Source: Candidatus Foliamicus sp. (GTDB lineage: Bacteria > Pseudomonadota > Gammaproteobacteria > Steroidobacterales > Foliamicaceae). From it: a DNA stretch of 64,000 nucleotides. The notes under the pieces are model-generated. The model worked only from the letters and a program-made list of their open reading frames with translations. It searched no databases and was not told the origin of the DNA. The translations under genes and the position numbers were made by a program. Shown piece by piece: positions 34,918-45,596 of this stretch. Position 1 is the stretch's first letter, and every line of letters starts with the position of its first letter. The stretch spans positions 3,304,874 through 3,368,873 of the forward strand of contig OZ250178.1 of NCBI GenBank assembly GCA_965238055.1, given 5' to 3'.

Positions 34918-35653
34918 GATGCGCCGACCGCGCCTGTTCGCGCACTTCGTGGTACACCGCACGCAGACTGCCCGCGGTCAGCCCGCTCTTCTGGGGCAGT
35001 GTGGCTCCTTCCTGCATGACCACCAGGTCGGTGGCATATTCCTCAAGTTCTGACAGGATGTGGGAGGAGACCAGGATTGCCCTGCCCTGCTCGCGCAATT
35101 GCCCCAATCTGGCGGCCAATTGCTCGCGGTGGTCCGGATCAAGACCGGATGCCGGCTCGTCCAGCAACAGCAGCGGTGGACGGGACACCTCGACTTCCGC
35201 GATGGCCAGAAGTTGGCGTTGGCCGCGCGAGAGTGAATCCAGATCCTTGTCCAGCAGGTTAGCCACCATGCACTCTTTCGCCACCTGCTCTATGGCTTCC
35301 GTACGGGCCACCGCAGACAGCAGCCCGGGGAACGCCCGCGCCCGGGATTGGGCCGCGTACTCCATGCTCTGACGAGCGGTCAGGCCCGAATACAGTCCAT
35401 AGTGTTCCGACAGAAAGCCGCAGCCTGCGCGGTGCCGCCGAAGGTCGGCGCGAATGTCCTCGCCTTTCCTTAGAACTGCGCCTTCATGCGGCTCCATCAA
35501 CCCGGCGAGGCACTGAATCAGCGTGGTCTTTCCGGCGCCGTTGGGTCCCACCAGCGCGACGATACTGCCGGGCGCAACCGTTACGCTCGCCCGGTTGACG
35601 GCTGGCTGATCCTGCCCCCAATAGCTGTATGTAATTTTCTCGGCTACCAGCAA
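34910..35653 (-). CDS. ABC transporter ATP-binding protein
   Basis: 247 aa with Walker A 'GPNGAGKTT', signature 'LSRGQRQ' and Walker B 'LLLLDEPASGLD'. Confidence 0.9.
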   Translation of the reverse strand: MLVAEKITYSYWGQDQPAVNRASVTVAPGSIVALVGPNGAGKTTLIQCLAGLMEPHEGAVLRKGEDIRADLRRHRAGCGFLSEHYGLYSGLTARQSMEYAAQSRARAFPGLLSAVARTEAIEQVAKECMVANLLDKDLDSLSRGQRQLLAIAEVEVSRPPLLLLDEPASGLDPDHREQLAARLGQLREQGRAILVSSHILSELEEYATDLVVMQEGATLPQKSGLTAGSLRAVYHEVREQARSAHHD

Positions 35654-35704
35654 GCAGGGATACTCCGAAATCTGCGTCTTCCTGCAAGCGAACCGGGCAA
35701 CCGA

Positions 35705-37573
35705 TCAGTTAACCGTACACTCTCCGCACAGGTAGTAGTAGCCTCGCGGATCATTCAACAACGCTAACCGATCCAGCTCGCTGTTGATGGTTCGGCGCGC
35801 ATGCTGCACGGCGTCCATGAACCGGTCCGGCTCGGAATGAAAGCCAAGGCGGTACTTCAGCCTTGCCAGGCGCACCTGCAGGAACTCATTGAAGCCGGTA
35901 AAGAAGGGCCGCTTGCGCCGCATCCGCTTAACGCCGTATTCCTCCTCCTGAAGATCGGCCAGCGACGCCGCGCTCTTGATCGCATCGTCCAGGGCGCCCA
36001 GTTGATCAACCAGGTTCACGCCGGCCGCATCAGTACCGATCCAGACCCGTCCCCGGCCGACTGCGTCCACTTCATCAAAAGTCAATGCCCGGCCCTTGGA
36101 GACGTGATCCACAAATCGCTCGTACACGTAACGAACCTGCGCGTCCATTTGCTTGCGCGTGTCCTCACCCATATCCCTGCCCAGCAGAAAGTTATCCGCC
36201 AGCGGCGTCGTTCCCAGCCCATCTTCGGCAAGGCCCAGACGTTCAAACAATCGCGGCGCAGTAAAAAGGACGGCTCCCACGCCAATGGACCCGGTAATGG
36301 TGCTGGGGTAGGCCCACATTTCATCGGCTTCGGCGCCGACATAGTAGCCCCCTGACGCCGCCACGCTGCTCATGGAGACCACGACGGGTTTACCGGCTTC
36401 GGAAACGGTCGAAACGGCCGCCGAGATCACCTCGGACGCAAAGGCGCTGCCACCCCCACTGTCGACTTGCAACACAAGGGCCTTGACGGAGTCATCTTCT
36501 CCCGCATTACGCACCAGTTTGGCGATGCTGTCACCGCCGGCGGTGCCGGGCGGCGCACTGCCGTCAACAATGCTTCCTACCACAGAAACCACGGCAACCT
36601 TGTCATCGTGATCGGTCTTGCGGGAACGCTCCCGGTCCGTCGCCGCAAGGTAGTCGGTCAAGGAAACACTGTTGTACTCCTCGTCTTCGGATGATCCGAA
36701 GCGTTCCTCCATGTGTTTCGAAAACGTGTCGTCGTTGTAGAGCGCGTCAACCAATCCAGCCTCCAGGTTGACTTGCGCCAGGTGGCCACCGGCTTCCTCC
36801 ACCGCTTGCGTGAAGCCGGCCGCGTACTCATCCAGCGCATCCGCGGGCAATCCACGCGCCTCGGTAACTTCACTCTGATACGCGCCCCACAGGGCCCCCA
36901 GCCACTGTTCCGCCATTTCGCGGTCCTCATCCGACATGCTGTTGCGGAAATACGGCTCCACAAACGACTTGTACTCGCCGATGCGGAACACGTGCGCATC
37001 AATGTCGAGTTTCTTTAATGCTTCGGCGTGATAGATGCGCCAGCGGCCGAAACCACGGATGTCCACGCCCGAAAGGTCATGCACATACACTTCGTCCGCC
37101 TGCGCAGCCAGCATGTAATCGCTCTGGCTGTAGCCCCGGGCATAGCTGATGACGGGCTTTCCGGAAGTCCGGAATTCACGGATCGCCGCGGTGATGTCCT
37201 GTAGCTTGGTGAATCCGCCTCCGGCAAGGTCTTGGGTATCCAGCAGCACGGCCACAATACGCTCGTCCTCGGCGGCCTTCTCAAGCGCCCGGACAACATC
37301 GCGCACCAGCGTCTCAGGCGCCGGGTCCCCGCTCATCTTCTGCAATTCCAGATCAAGCTCTCCGGCCTGAAGCTCATGGACCAACACGCCCGAGGGATTC
37401 AACCGCAGTACGCTGTCCGGCTCGATCTTCACAGGCGTGCCACCCGAACCCAATGCCGCCAGCATCGCCACAAACACCAGAACCATCAGAACCAGGTGGA
37501 CAATCTTGCGGAAACCATCTACGCCGGTCCACAGGACACGGAAAAACTTCTTCACCATTGACGCATACTCCAT
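35705..37573 (-). CDS. sppA: Signal peptide peptidase SppA (67K type, protease IV)
   Basis: 622 aa with an N-terminal TM segment and duplicated ClpP/crotonase-like halves. 'SMSSVAASGGYYV' is the catalytic Ser region. Confidence 0.88.
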   Translation of the reverse strand: MEYASMVKKFFRVLWTGVDGFRKIVHLVLMVLVFVAMLAALGSGGTPVKIEPDSVLRLNPSGVLVHELQAGELDLELQKMSGDPAPETLVRDVVRALEKAAEDERIVAVLLDTQDLAGGGFTKLQDITAAIREFRTSGKPVISYARGYSQSDYMLAAQADEVYVHDLSGVDIRGFGRWRIYHAEALKKLDIDAHVFRIGEYKSFVEPYFRNSMSDEDREMAEQWLGALWGAYQSEVTEARGLPADALDEYAAGFTQAVEEAGGHLAQVNLEAGLVDALYNDDTFSKHMEERFGSSEDEEYNSVSLTDYLAATDRERSRKTDHDDKVAVVSVVGSIVDGSAPPGTAGGDSIAKLVRNAGEDDSVKALVLQVDSGGGSAFASEVISAAVSTVSEAGKPVVVSMSSVAASGGYYVGAEADEMWAYPSTITGSIGVGAVLFTAPRLFERLGLAEDGLGTTPLADNFLLGRDMGEDTRKQMDAQVRYVYERFVDHVSKGRALTFDEVDAVGRGRVWIGTDAAGVNLVDQLGALDDAIKSAASLADLQEEEYGVKRMRRKRPFFTGFNEFLQVRLARLKYRLGFHSEPDRFMDAVQHARRTINSELDRLALLNDPRGYYYLCGECTVN

Positions 37574-37623
37574 GCTTTTTTTGGGGGAGGCCTAGTGTAC
37601 TCCGCACAACAAGGCAAGAGAAC

Positions 37624-39026
37624 TCGTGCGCGGTGTTAGGAACAAATAGACTGTCCGCATTTGTAACACGTGATCTGTCCGGTTTTACTCCTGCCTTGTT
37701 TTTGCTTGGGGTGGAGAAGGATGAGACGGACTCAATGGTTACAGGAGGTCAGGCGGATGCGTTTTGAAGAGGCTTATTCGGGATGGGGGGAGCGGCGGTT
37801 GACGCAGGTTCAGGCGGCGGAGTTGCTGGGGGTTTGTACGCGGACCTTTCGGCGCTACATTCACCGCTACGAGTCCGACGGACTGGACGGTTTGCTGGAC
37901 CGGCGCATGAGTCAGATTTCGCATCGCCGAGCGCCGGTGGATGAGGTTGTAAGGATGGTGGACCGGTATCGCCGCCGGCACGAGGGTTGGAGTGTCAAGC
38001 ACTACTACGCCTGGTATCGGCGCGACGGGGGCCAGCGCAGTTACAACTGGGTCCGCACGCATCTTCAGGCCTGTGGTGCGGTGGAGCCCTCGGTGCGCAA
38101 GGGAGCGCACCGCAAGCGCCGGGAGCGTTCGCCATGGCCGGGGATGATGCTGCATCAGGATGGGAGCAGCCACGAGTGGGTGTCTGGCCGGATGTGGGAC
38201 TTGATTGTGACCATGGACGACGCCACTTCTGAGCATTACTCGATGTTCTTTTGTAACGAGGAAGGCACGCACAGCAGTCTTGTGGGAGTTCGCGAGGTGA
38301 TCGAGCAGCGCGGTTTGTTTTGCTCGTTGTATACGGACCGCGGTTCGCACTATTGGCTCACGCCGGAAGCCGGCGGCAAGGTGGACAAGGACAACCTCAC
38401 CCAGTTCGGACGGGCGATGAAGCAGTTGGGGGTGGAGATGATCCCCGGGTATTCGCCCGAAGCGCGGGGCCGTTCGGAGCGGGCGTTCCGGACCCACCAG
38501 GGGCGCTTGCCCAAGGAGCTTGAAGCCGCCGGGATCACGACTATGGCCGCGGCCAACCGGTATATTGCTGAAGTCTATCTGCCGGCGTTCAACGAGGAGT
38601 TTATGCAGCCGGCCCAAGAAGACGGGGCCGCCTTTGTCGCGCTGCGGGATCCAGGTGTGCTCGATGACATCCTCTGCCAGGAATATGAGCGGGTGGTTCG
38701 CCGCGACAACTGCGTACGTTTTGACGGCCTGACGTTACAGATCCCACCGGATCGGCATCGCTGTCACTACATCAAGGCCAAGGTCAAGGTGCGCCGCCAC
38801 ATGGATGGCGCGATCTCGATCAGTCATGGCCCCCGGCGCCTGGCGCGCTACGACGCCACAGGCGAGGTATTGAATGATGAATTACCGGCCGCCGCGTAAG
38901 GTCCGAGCGCCCGGCCGGCGCTGTGAAGCCCCCTTCGGACTCCGTCCTTCGGGAGCTTCACAGCGCCATACCCAAACCGGACAGATCATTTGTTCCAATA
39001 CCGGACAGTTCTATTTGTTGACAACA
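37624..39026 (+). mobile_element. IS1202-group (ISNCY) insertion sequence (1403 bp)
   Basis: It has ~50-bp imperfect terminal IRs: TGTTAGGAACAAATAGACTGTCCG...TGATCTGTCCGGTTT at the left, and on the reverse complement TGTTGTCAACAAATAGAACTGTCCG...TGATCTGTCCGGTTT at the right. A perfect 16-bp direct repeat GAGAACTCGTGCGCGG lies at 37608-37623 and 39027-39042. Confidence 0.85.
37721..38899 (+). CDS. ISNCY/IS1202-group transposase (HTH + rve-like DDE core)
   Basis: 'LTQVQAAELLGVCTRTFRRYIHRY' is the HTH. 'MLHQDGSSHEW', 'LYTDRGSHYW' and 'TQFGRAMKQLGVEMIPGYSPEARGRSERAFRTHQGRLPKEL' match IS1202-group transposases from memory. The ORF-track start at 37670 is an alternative. Confidence 0.8.
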   Translation: MRRTQWLQEVRRMRFEEAYSGWGERRLTQVQAAELLGVCTRTFRRYIHRYESDGLDGLLDRRMSQISHRRAPVDEVVRMVDRYRRRHEGWSVKHYYAWYRRDGGQRSYNWVRTHLQACGAVEPSVRKGAHRKRRERSPWPGMMLHQDGSSHEWVSGRMWDLIVTMDDATSEHYSMFFCNEEGTHSSLVGVREVIEQRGLFCSLYTDRGSHYWLTPEAGGKVDKDNLTQFGRAMKQLGVEMIPGYSPEARGRSERAFRTHQGRLPKELEAAGITTMAAANRYIAEVYLPAFNEEFMQPAQEDGAAFVALRDPGVLDDILCQEYERVVRRDNCVRFDGLTLQIPPDRHRCHYIKAKVKVRRHMDGAISISHGPRRLARYDATGEVLNDELPAAA

Positions 39027-39063
39027 GAGAACTCGTGCGCGGGGGGCCGGGAGGCCCTTCAGG

Positions 39064-40179
39064 CTAACTACCGGTATAGCGAACCTTGTAAATGACACCA
39101 CGGTCATCATCGCTGATCAACAGGCTGCCGTCGCGATCCACCAGGACGTAAGACGGCCGGCCGAGAGTTTCCTCGCCCCGCAACCAACCCTCGGCAAACG
39201 GTTCATAACTCACCACCTTGTCGCCATGAAGCTCAAGCATCATGACCCGGTAGCCGATCTTGCTGCTGCGATTCCAGCTTCCATGCTCGGCAATGAACAG
39301 GCGTCCCCGGTATTCCTCAGGAAATGCATCGCCCGTGTAGAAAGCAAGACCCACGGGCGCCACGTGCGGCCCCAATTCCTGTGCGGGAGGCGTTGCTGAC
39401 GCACAATCCCCAAGGCGGGCCCACTTCGGATCCGGGTCGGCGATATCGGCGCCGTGGCAGAAAGGGAAGCCGAAGTGCATTCCGGCGCGCGGCGCATGAT
39501 TGAGCTCGCAGGGCGGAATGTCATCACCCATCAAGTCCCGTCCGTTCTCCGTAAACCACAACTCCCCCGTTTCCGGATGCCAGGTCAGCCCCACACTGTT
39601 GCGCACTCCGCGCGCCCAGGTCTCGCGTTTGCCGCCCTGTGGCGGTATCCGGTCAATTGTGGCGAAGGTGTCGCAAATGTTGCAGGGCGCGCCCTGGGCG
39701 ACATAGAGCCAGCCATCGGGCGCAAAGCCGATCGCGCGCCAGCCATGATGCCGGTCGGTGGGCATTCCGTCATGAAAAACCTTCGGAGAATTGGCCTGCC
39801 CCAGGCGTTCCTCGACGTTCTCGTACTCCAGGATGCGGTGAATCTCCGCCACGAAGAGCGATGAACCGCGCACGGCAATACCATTCGGTGAAATAAGGCG
39901 GGAAGCCAGCGTCATGACTTCCTGGTCCGGGGCACCCGGATTACGCACCGCGTAGACATTGCCGACGTTGCGGGTGCCGATGAACAGCGTGCCGTTCTCG
40001 CCGATTGCCATGCCCCGGGCGTTTCGCACTCCGGTTACATATTCTTCGATCTCGAAGCCTTCCGGCAAACGGATCTCATCAAGGTCAAAGTCCGCCTTTG
40101 CCCCGACGGCGCCGCCGAGCAGCGACGCGGATAGAAAGAGAGCCGGGATAGGTTTCAGTTTCATGTTCAAGTCATCCAA
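39064..40179 (-). CDS. PQQ-dependent sugar (aldose/sorbosone) dehydrogenase, periplasmic
   Basis: 371 aa with a signal peptide. 'LPEGFEIEEY', 'HHGWRAIGFAPDGWLYV' and 'ENGRDLMGDDIPPCELN' are propeller blocks typical of the YliI/sGDH family. Confidence 0.8.
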   Translation of the reverse strand: MDDLNMKLKPIPALFLSASLLGGAVGAKADFDLDEIRLPEGFEIEEYVTGVRNARGMAIGENGTLFIGTRNVGNVYAVRNPGAPDQEVMTLASRLISPNGIAVRGSSLFVAEIHRILEYENVEERLGQANSPKVFHDGMPTDRHHGWRAIGFAPDGWLYVAQGAPCNICDTFATIDRIPPQGGKRETWARGVRNSVGLTWHPETGELWFTENGRDLMGDDIPPCELNHAPRAGMHFGFPFCHGADIADPDPKWARLGDCASATPPAQELGPHVAPVGLAFYTGDAFPEEYRGRLFIAEHGSWNRSSKIGYRVMMLELHGDKVVSYEPFAEGWLRGEETLGRPSYVLVDRDGSLLISDDDRGVIYKVRYTGS

Positions 40180-41414
40180 AGAGAAAGCGAAGGCCAGAAA
40201 GCGATCAAGAGTACCGCAACCAGCAGCACCAGCAGGAACGGCAGGCTCGCCAGGTACACCCGAACGATCGGTTGTTCGAAACGGTAGCTCGCAATAAACA
40301 GGTTAAGGCCCACCGGGGGCGTGAGGTAACCCAGCTGCATGGTAGCAAGAAAAACGATGCCCAGATGCACCGGGTGGACGCCGAATTGGGAAGCGATCGG
40401 CAGGATCAACGGCACAACCAGGACAAGGGCCGAGAAAATGTCCAAAAAGGCGCCGAGGATCAGCAGAAATACCAGCAAGGCCAGCATGAATGAGAGTGGC
40501 CCGCCCACATAGTCACCAATCACTCCCAACAGGCGCTGAGGTACTTCGGAGTCGATCATCAGGTTGGTGGACGCCAGGGAAACCGCCAGAATCAGCAGGA
40601 TTCCCCCCACCAGCGTCATGGAATCACGCATGATCAAGGGCAGCCTGGACAATGGAATTGCGCGGCGGATAAAGACTTCGACCACAACTACGTAAAGAGC
40701 CGTCACCGCGGCTGCTTCGGAGATCGCAAAATAGCCGGAATAGATGCCACCCAGCACAATAAACGGCAGCGGCAGTTCCCACCCGGCCGCCTTGAGGGCG
40801 CCCCCTACCTCTCGCCAGCTGAAGCTGGCCAGCGGCTGGCGGTCGCCGCGATTGACCCAGAGACAATAGGCGGACAGCAGAACGATCATGGTGAGTCCGG
40901 GCAGGACGCCGGCGCGGAACAGGGAATCGATTCTTGTTTCCGACACCACGCCGTACAGGATCAACGGCAATGATGGTGCAAACAGCAACCCCAGGCTGCC
41001 ACCGGTCGTCACCAGTCCCAGAGAGAATCGCTCCGAATAGCGCGCCTGTTTCAAGGCCGGATACAACAATGCGCCCATGGCAATGATAGTGATGCCGGAG
41101 GCGCCGGTAAACGCGGTAAACAGCGCGCATACGGCCAGTGCAAAAATTGCCAGGCCACCCGGCATCCAACCGATAAGGGCTTCGCTGAGCCGCACCAACA
41201 GCTTCGGCGCAGGGCTTTCGGCCAGGATGTAGCCGGCAAAGCAGAACAGCGGAATGGCAACCAGCGCCGGGAGCGTGGCCACTCCCAGTATTTCGACTGC
41301 GATTGCAGCCAGCGGAATATCGGCCTGAATGTAGCCCAGCATTGCGCCTGAGGCAATGACCGCAAACAGCGGCACGCCGATCACGGCCAGCAGGGCAAGA
41401 ATGATCCAGTGCAT
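40167..41414 (-). CDS. dctM: TRAP transporter large permease
   Basis: 415 aa, polytopic and DctM-like throughout. It is adjacent to the DctQ and DctP genes. Confidence 0.88.
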   Translation of the reverse strand: MHWIILALLAVIGVPLFAVIASGAMLGYIQADIPLAAIAVEILGVATLPALVAIPLFCFAGYILAESPAPKLLVRLSEALIGWMPGGLAIFALAVCALFTAFTGASGITIIAMGALLYPALKQARYSERFSLGLVTTGGSLGLLFAPSLPLILYGVVSETRIDSLFRAGVLPGLTMIVLLSAYCLWVNRGDRQPLASFSWREVGGALKAAGWELPLPFIVLGGIYSGYFAISEAAAVTALYVVVVEVFIRRAIPLSRLPLIMRDSMTLVGGILLILAVSLASTNLMIDSEVPQRLLGVIGDYVGGPLSFMLALLVFLLILGAFLDIFSALVLVVPLILPIASQFGVHPVHLGIVFLATMQLGYLTPPVGLNLFIASYRFEQPIVRVYLASLPFLLVLLVAVLLIAFWPSLSLWMT

Positions 41415-41419
41415 GCCGC

Positions 41420-41947
41420 TTACGGCCCCTTCGACAATGGCCCGGCAGCGAGGTCACGTCCCCCGGCCAATTGACCGCGTCGCCAAAGCGAAACCACGTG
41501 GCGCAAGTGCGCGCCGGCCATGATGGCAAAGGCCAGGGGCAGAACGGCTTCCAACATCCACCGCGGAACATCCCAAAGCGCTGTCTCGCCAAAGCCCATG
41601 GTGTCCAGCCAGTAGGACCCCGAAATGAGAAACAGCGCCACACAAGCAGACATCGCAAAGAACTGGGCCGCAATTCCGGCCCATCGGCGCGCGGCGTGAG
41701 AAAGCACATGCGACAAGGCATCAATGGTGATGTGGCGGCTCTCGATGCTGGCCGCCATGGCGCCCAGCATCGCGATCCACAACACCAGCCATTCCAGCAG
41801 TTCTTCGCTATGCGGAATGGACAGGCTGAATACATTGCGCCAGAGAATCTGGGCAGTGGCCAGCACCAGCATGCCGGCAAGGCACAGGGCCAGCAGAACC
41901 GTCAGCGCCCGGCCCGCAACCCTTCCCGCCTTGCGCAGCCCGGGCAA
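41420..41947 (-). CDS. dctQ: TRAP transporter small permease
   Basis: 175 aa with 4 TM spans, lying between the DctP and DctM genes. Confidence 0.8.
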   Translation of the reverse strand: MPGLRKAGRVAGRALTVLLALCLAGMLVLATAQILWRNVFSLSIPHSEELLEWLVLWIAMLGAMAASIESRHITIDALSHVLSHAARRWAGIAAQFFAMSACVALFLISGSYWLDTMGFGETALWDVPRWMLEAVLPLAFAIMAGAHLRHVVSLWRRGQLAGGRDLAAGPLSKGP

Positions 41948-42006
41948 GTCTCGTTAGCCTGATTGAGCCACAGGACTGCGCAAGCGGCTTGACCCCAGGT
42001 CAATCA

Positions 42007-43038
42007 TCAGCCGGTTCCGTTCTCGGCGCGATACTGCTTCAGCAGTTGAATGATCTCGGCATGCAAATTCGGTGACATGCGGGCTTCGCTGACCAGCTGC
42101 GGATAGATTCCCTCAAAGGCATCGCGCCATCTCTCAGCCTCCGGCACGGAAAGTTCAAGAAACTCAAGGCCCGATTTCTTCAGCGCCCTGACTGCATCCA
42201 GGTTGTCCTGCGCATCACGGTGATCCAATTGCATACCCATTTCAGAGAACACTTCGCGCAGGATCGCCTGGTTGGGCTCCGAGACCTTGTCAAACGCTCG
42301 ATTGTCCATGGCCAGAAGGCCGAAGGCGAAAACCACCGGGAAATCCGTTACATAACGCAGGCGCGTGTGCCATTGCAGAATGATTGCGCCCGACGGCGGC
42401 GTGACGATCACTTCCACCAGGCCCGACTGCAATCCGGTCAGAACGTCGGAAATCGGCTTGGACACTGGAGCAAGGCCGACAGAGCGCATCGTGCGCAAAC
42501 CAATTTTGTCGCCGTCGGGAACCCAGACCTTCAAGCCTCTGGCGTCCTCAAGCCGTACCACCGGCTTTTTGCTTGACATGATCCTCGCGAAACCCAGGCT
42601 GCTGAAGCCGAATGACTCGTAGCCTTTCTCACGAAGCCCGTCAGTGAGTATCGGATCAATGCGCTCACGCACGTAGAGCATCTCTTCCCTTGACCGGAAC
42701 AACAGCGGCAGCCCGTACTGCAGCATGCCCGGATAGACGCTGGCCATGGCGCTGGAGGTCATGACAGCGCCGTGCAACTGGCCTATGCGAATCTTACGCA
42801 GCACCCGCAAGTCGTCGCCCATGACACCGCCGCCGTAGAATTTCACCGTCACCTGTCCGTCGGTGCGTTCCTTGATCTCAGCCGCGGCCGAGCGCATGTC
42901 CTGCATCCACTCCGAACCTTCCGGCGTAACAGTTGCGATCTTCAGCGTCTGCGCCCAGCACGGGGCTGCCGCCAGCAATGCGCCCAGCAGAAGTGCGCCG
43001 CGACGCATGAATCCGAACTCAGAAGTAGTCATCGGCAC
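42007..43038 (-). CDS. dctP: TRAP transporter substrate-binding protein
   Basis: 343 aa with signal peptide 'MRRGALLLGALLAAAPCWA' and a DctP-type fold pattern. The start is possibly the ATG at 43008. Confidence 0.85.
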   Translation of the reverse strand: MPMTTSEFGFMRRGALLLGALLAAAPCWAQTLKIATVTPEGSEWMQDMRSAAAEIKERTDGQVTVKFYGGGVMGDDLRVLRKIRIGQLHGAVMTSSAMASVYPGMLQYGLPLLFRSREEMLYVRERIDPILTDGLREKGYESFGFSSLGFARIMSSKKPVVRLEDARGLKVWVPDGDKIGLRTMRSVGLAPVSKPISDVLTGLQSGLVEVIVTPPSGAIILQWHTRLRYVTDFPVVFAFGLLAMDNRAFDKVSEPNQAILREVFSEMGMQLDHRDAQDNLDAVRALKKSGLEFLELSVPEAERWRDAFEGIYPQLVSEARMSPNLHAEIIQLLKQYRAENGTG

Positions 43039-43876
43039 TGTTCAGAAGGTCGCGTGCGTCTGCCTTGGCGAGATTGTTGAAAAGCGTAAGGCCCGGCTGA
43101 TCGGCCTCGGCGCTCAGCACTTCCTCCAGCAATCCATCATGCAACTCGCGATCATGGAGCAGACGGGCGCAGTTGCGCGCATATTCCACATGCACACTGA
43201 GGTCCTTGCGCCCGGTCATGCGCAAGGCTTGTTCAAAATGCTCGATACCACCTTCCGGATCACCACCCAGGGATGCCGGACGCAGGCAGTTCAGTGTGCC
43301 CATGTACATATGGGCCCGCCCCCGGATTTCCGCCGGGGCAACGGCGAGCAGGCGCTGTAACGCCACCTGCAGGCGCGGAAGTTGCGCCAGCGCGTCATAG
43401 TCGGCGCGGGCCTGGATCCAGGCCAGGTAGCCAATCGCATAGTCATAGAGAGCCTGCGCCTTTGCGGAGGGGTATTCGGCGATTCGAGCCTCGTAATCCG
43501 CGAAACCCAGCATTTCCACGCCGCAACCGGCGCGATGCGCGACGCACAGTGCCCGCGCGCCATAGTCGTAGGCGCGCTGAGTGAGCTTTTGCGCGCGTGA
43601 CGCGTCGTTGACAAACACAACCCCGTAGGCCGCGTAAAGCTGGGCCGCCGATCCCAGCACGGCCGGACTTGCATCCTCGTCAGCCAGGCTGTCGATCAGA
43701 ATCAGCAATGTTGGGGTGGCTTCGCGGACCAGCTCCGGGTCGTCGTGCCCCAGGACCGCCTCACCCAGTTGCTTGGTAAGCCCGCTGGTGGCGGATTCAA
43801 TCAGCGAGCCGCAACCCGCCAGGCCGATCGCCGCAATGGCTAGGGCCAGGCGGACGGGGCGCGCCACTTGCCTCAC
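43019..43876 (-). CDS. tatT: TRAP-associated TatT-like TPR lipoprotein
   Basis: 285 aa with lipobox 'IGLAGCGS' and helical TPR-like content. It lies immediately upstream of dctPQM, as in TPAT-type TRAP systems. Confidence 0.7.
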   Translation of the reverse strand: MRQVARPVRLALAIAAIGLAGCGSLIESATSGLTKQLGEAVLGHDDPELVREATPTLLILIDSLADEDASPAVLGSAAQLYAAYGVVFVNDASRAQKLTQRAYDYGARALCVAHRAGCGVEMLGFADYEARIAEYPSAKAQALYDYAIGYLAWIQARADYDALAQLPRLQVALQRLLAVAPAEIRGRAHMYMGTLNCLRPASLGGDPEGGIEHFEQALRMTGRKDLSVHVEYARNCARLLHDRELHDGLLEEVLSAEADQPGLTLFNNLAKADARDLLNSADDYF

Positions 43877-44217
43877 AGCTTCTCGCGAATTCTCGCGCTC
43901 CGCCCGCGCCGTTCCCGGAGGTAATAAAGTTTGGCCCGCCGGACATCGCCGCGCCGCTTGACCGTCACTCCGGCGATCATCGGGCTGTGGGTCTGAAATA
44001 CACGCTCAACCCCTTCGCCGTGCGAAATCTTGCGCACGGTGAACGAGGAATTGAGTCCACGGTTGCGCTTGGCGATCACGACGCCCTCGAAGGCCTGAAA
44101 ACGCTGGCGCTGGCCCTCGCGCACCCGCACCTGCACCACGACCGTGTCGCCCGGCGAAAATTCCGGAAGATCCACACGAAGCTGTTCCGCTTCCAACTCT
44201 TGAATAATGTTGCTCAT
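43873..44217 (-). CDS. rplS: 50S ribosomal protein L19
   Basis: 114 aa. '[13 protein letters not shown]...[29 protein letters not shown]' is canonical L19. Confidence 0.97.
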   Translation of the reverse strand: MSNIIQELEAEQLRVDLPEFSPGDTVVVQVRVREGQRQRFQAFEGVVIAKRNRGLNSSFTVRKISHGEGVERVFQTHSPMIAGVTVKRRGDVRRAKLYYLRERRGRSARIREKL

Positions 44218-44233
44218 CGCTGGGTCTCGTATT

Positions 44234-45019
44234 CTAATGTTCCTTGAGGTCCGCCGCCGAACCGGCAGGATGTCCGTAGCCGGAATCCATTTCGGACTGA
44301 AATTCCTTCAGCAGACGGCTTTCCTGTTCGTTCAGGCGGCGCCGTGAAAGCAATTCCGGGCGGCGAATCCAGGTCCGTCCCAACGACTGCTTCAGCCGCC
44401 AGGTTCGTACGCGCTCATGATCGCCGCCGAGGAGAACTTCAGGCGCTGCCCGGCCTTCAACCACGGAAGGCCGAGTGTACTGCGGAAAATCAAGAAGGCC
44501 AGAGGAAAACGAATCTTCCTTGGCCGATCGCTCGTCGCCGAGCGCCCCGGGCAGCAGGCGCACGACAGCGTCGATCACGACGCAAGCCGCCAACTCGCCC
44601 CCGCTCAGGACAAAATCTCCAAGAGACAACTCCCGGTCGGCCTCCATCTCCACCACTCGCTCGTCGAATCCCTCGTAACGCCCGGCCACCAGCAGCATTC
44701 CCGGGCCGTGCGCCAGTTCGTGGGCGTGTTCCTGGGTGAAATGCTCGCCCTGGGGTGTAAGAAAGATGACCGGCGTGTCTTTCGGCGCTTCGGCGCGTGC
44801 CGACCGGATGGCCGCCAGCAGCGGCTGGGGCCTCAGCACCATTCCAGGGCCGCCTCCATAAGGCCGGTCATCCACACTTCGATGCGGCCCGTCGGCGAAG
44901 TCCCGGGGGTTTATGCAATGAAGAGAGGCCACGCCCGATTCGAGAGCGCGTCCGCAAACACCGCCCCGGAAGGCATCAAGGACCATCTCGGGGTGCAGGC
45001 ATATGGCCGTGATCTGCAT
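44234..45019 (-). CDS. trmD: tRNA (guanine37-N1)-methyltransferase
   Basis: 261 aa with '[13 protein letters not shown]' and '[13 protein letters not shown]'. Confidence 0.95.
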   Translation of the reverse strand: MQITAICLHPEMVLDAFRGGVCGRALESGVASLHCINPRDFADGPHRSVDDRPYGGGPGMVLRPQPLLAAIRSARAEAPKDTPVIFLTPQGEHFTQEHAHELAHGPGMLLVAGRYEGFDERVVEMEADRELSLGDFVLSGGELAACVVIDAVVRLLPGALGDERSAKEDSFSSGLLDFPQYTRPSVVEGRAAPEVLLGGDHERVRTWRLKQSLGRTWIRRPELLSRRRLNEQESRLLKEFQSEMDSGYGHPAGSAADLKEH

Positions 45020-45032
45020 GCGCTATTCCCGC

Positions 45033-45596
45033 CTAATCCGCCGCGTCCCAATCCACAACCAGGCTACGCTCGCTGAGGTTGACTTCCCGTACCCGGCTGC
45101 CGAACGGGATCAGCCGTTTCCGGTCCCCCTGCACAATCAATACATCGTTGGCGCCCGTGGCCATCAGACCGCTGACGTCCCCCAGATCCTCGCCGTCAAG
45201 ATTGCGGACCTTCAGTCCCTCAAGGTCGGCCCAGTACCACTCATCCTCCGCGGCTGGCGGAAGCGCGTCCCGCGGCACGTGAATTTCCGCTCCGTTCAGC
45301 GCCTCGGCCGCCTCGCGCGAATCAACGTCCGCGATATGGCAAACAAGACCGTTGCCGGCCGCTCTCAGGCGCCGCAAGGTCACCTGCTCCTGCCGGCCGT
45401 TTATGTCCAGCGTCCACTGACGGTAGTTCTGGAGTTGTTCCGGCGGGTCGGAATAGGAAAACACCCGCAACCAACCCGACAGTCCTCGGGCCGCGCCGAG
45501 GCGGCCCATGGGGATCAGGTTCGCTTCGCGGGAAGCGCTCTCGGGCCGTTTGGGTTCAGCCTGAGTCCTTTTCGGTTTCGGTGGCGTCTTCGCCAT
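45033..45596 (-). CDS. rimM: Ribosome maturation factor RimM
   Basis: '[21 protein letters not shown]' aligns with E. coli RimM '[20 protein letters not shown]'. The start is uncertain: 45614, 45596 or 45509. The upstream candidates overlap the rpsP 3' end. Confidence 0.85.
   Translation of the reverse strand: MAKTPPKPKRTQAEPKRPESASREANLIPMGRLGAARGLSGWLRVFSYSDPPEQLQNYRQWTLDINGRQEQVTLRRLRAAGNGLVCHIADVDSREAAEALNGAEIHVPRDALPPAAEDEWYWADLEGLKVRNLDGEDLGDVSGLMATGANDVLIVQGDRKRLIPFGSRVREVNLSERSLVVDWDAAD

Noticed and set aside
40624-41880. 418-aa minus-strand ORF overlapping dctM/dctQ out of frame
   Set aside because: It is Cys/Trp/Arg/Gly-rich and spans the dctQ-dctM junction. The alternative frames give canonical TRAP permeases.
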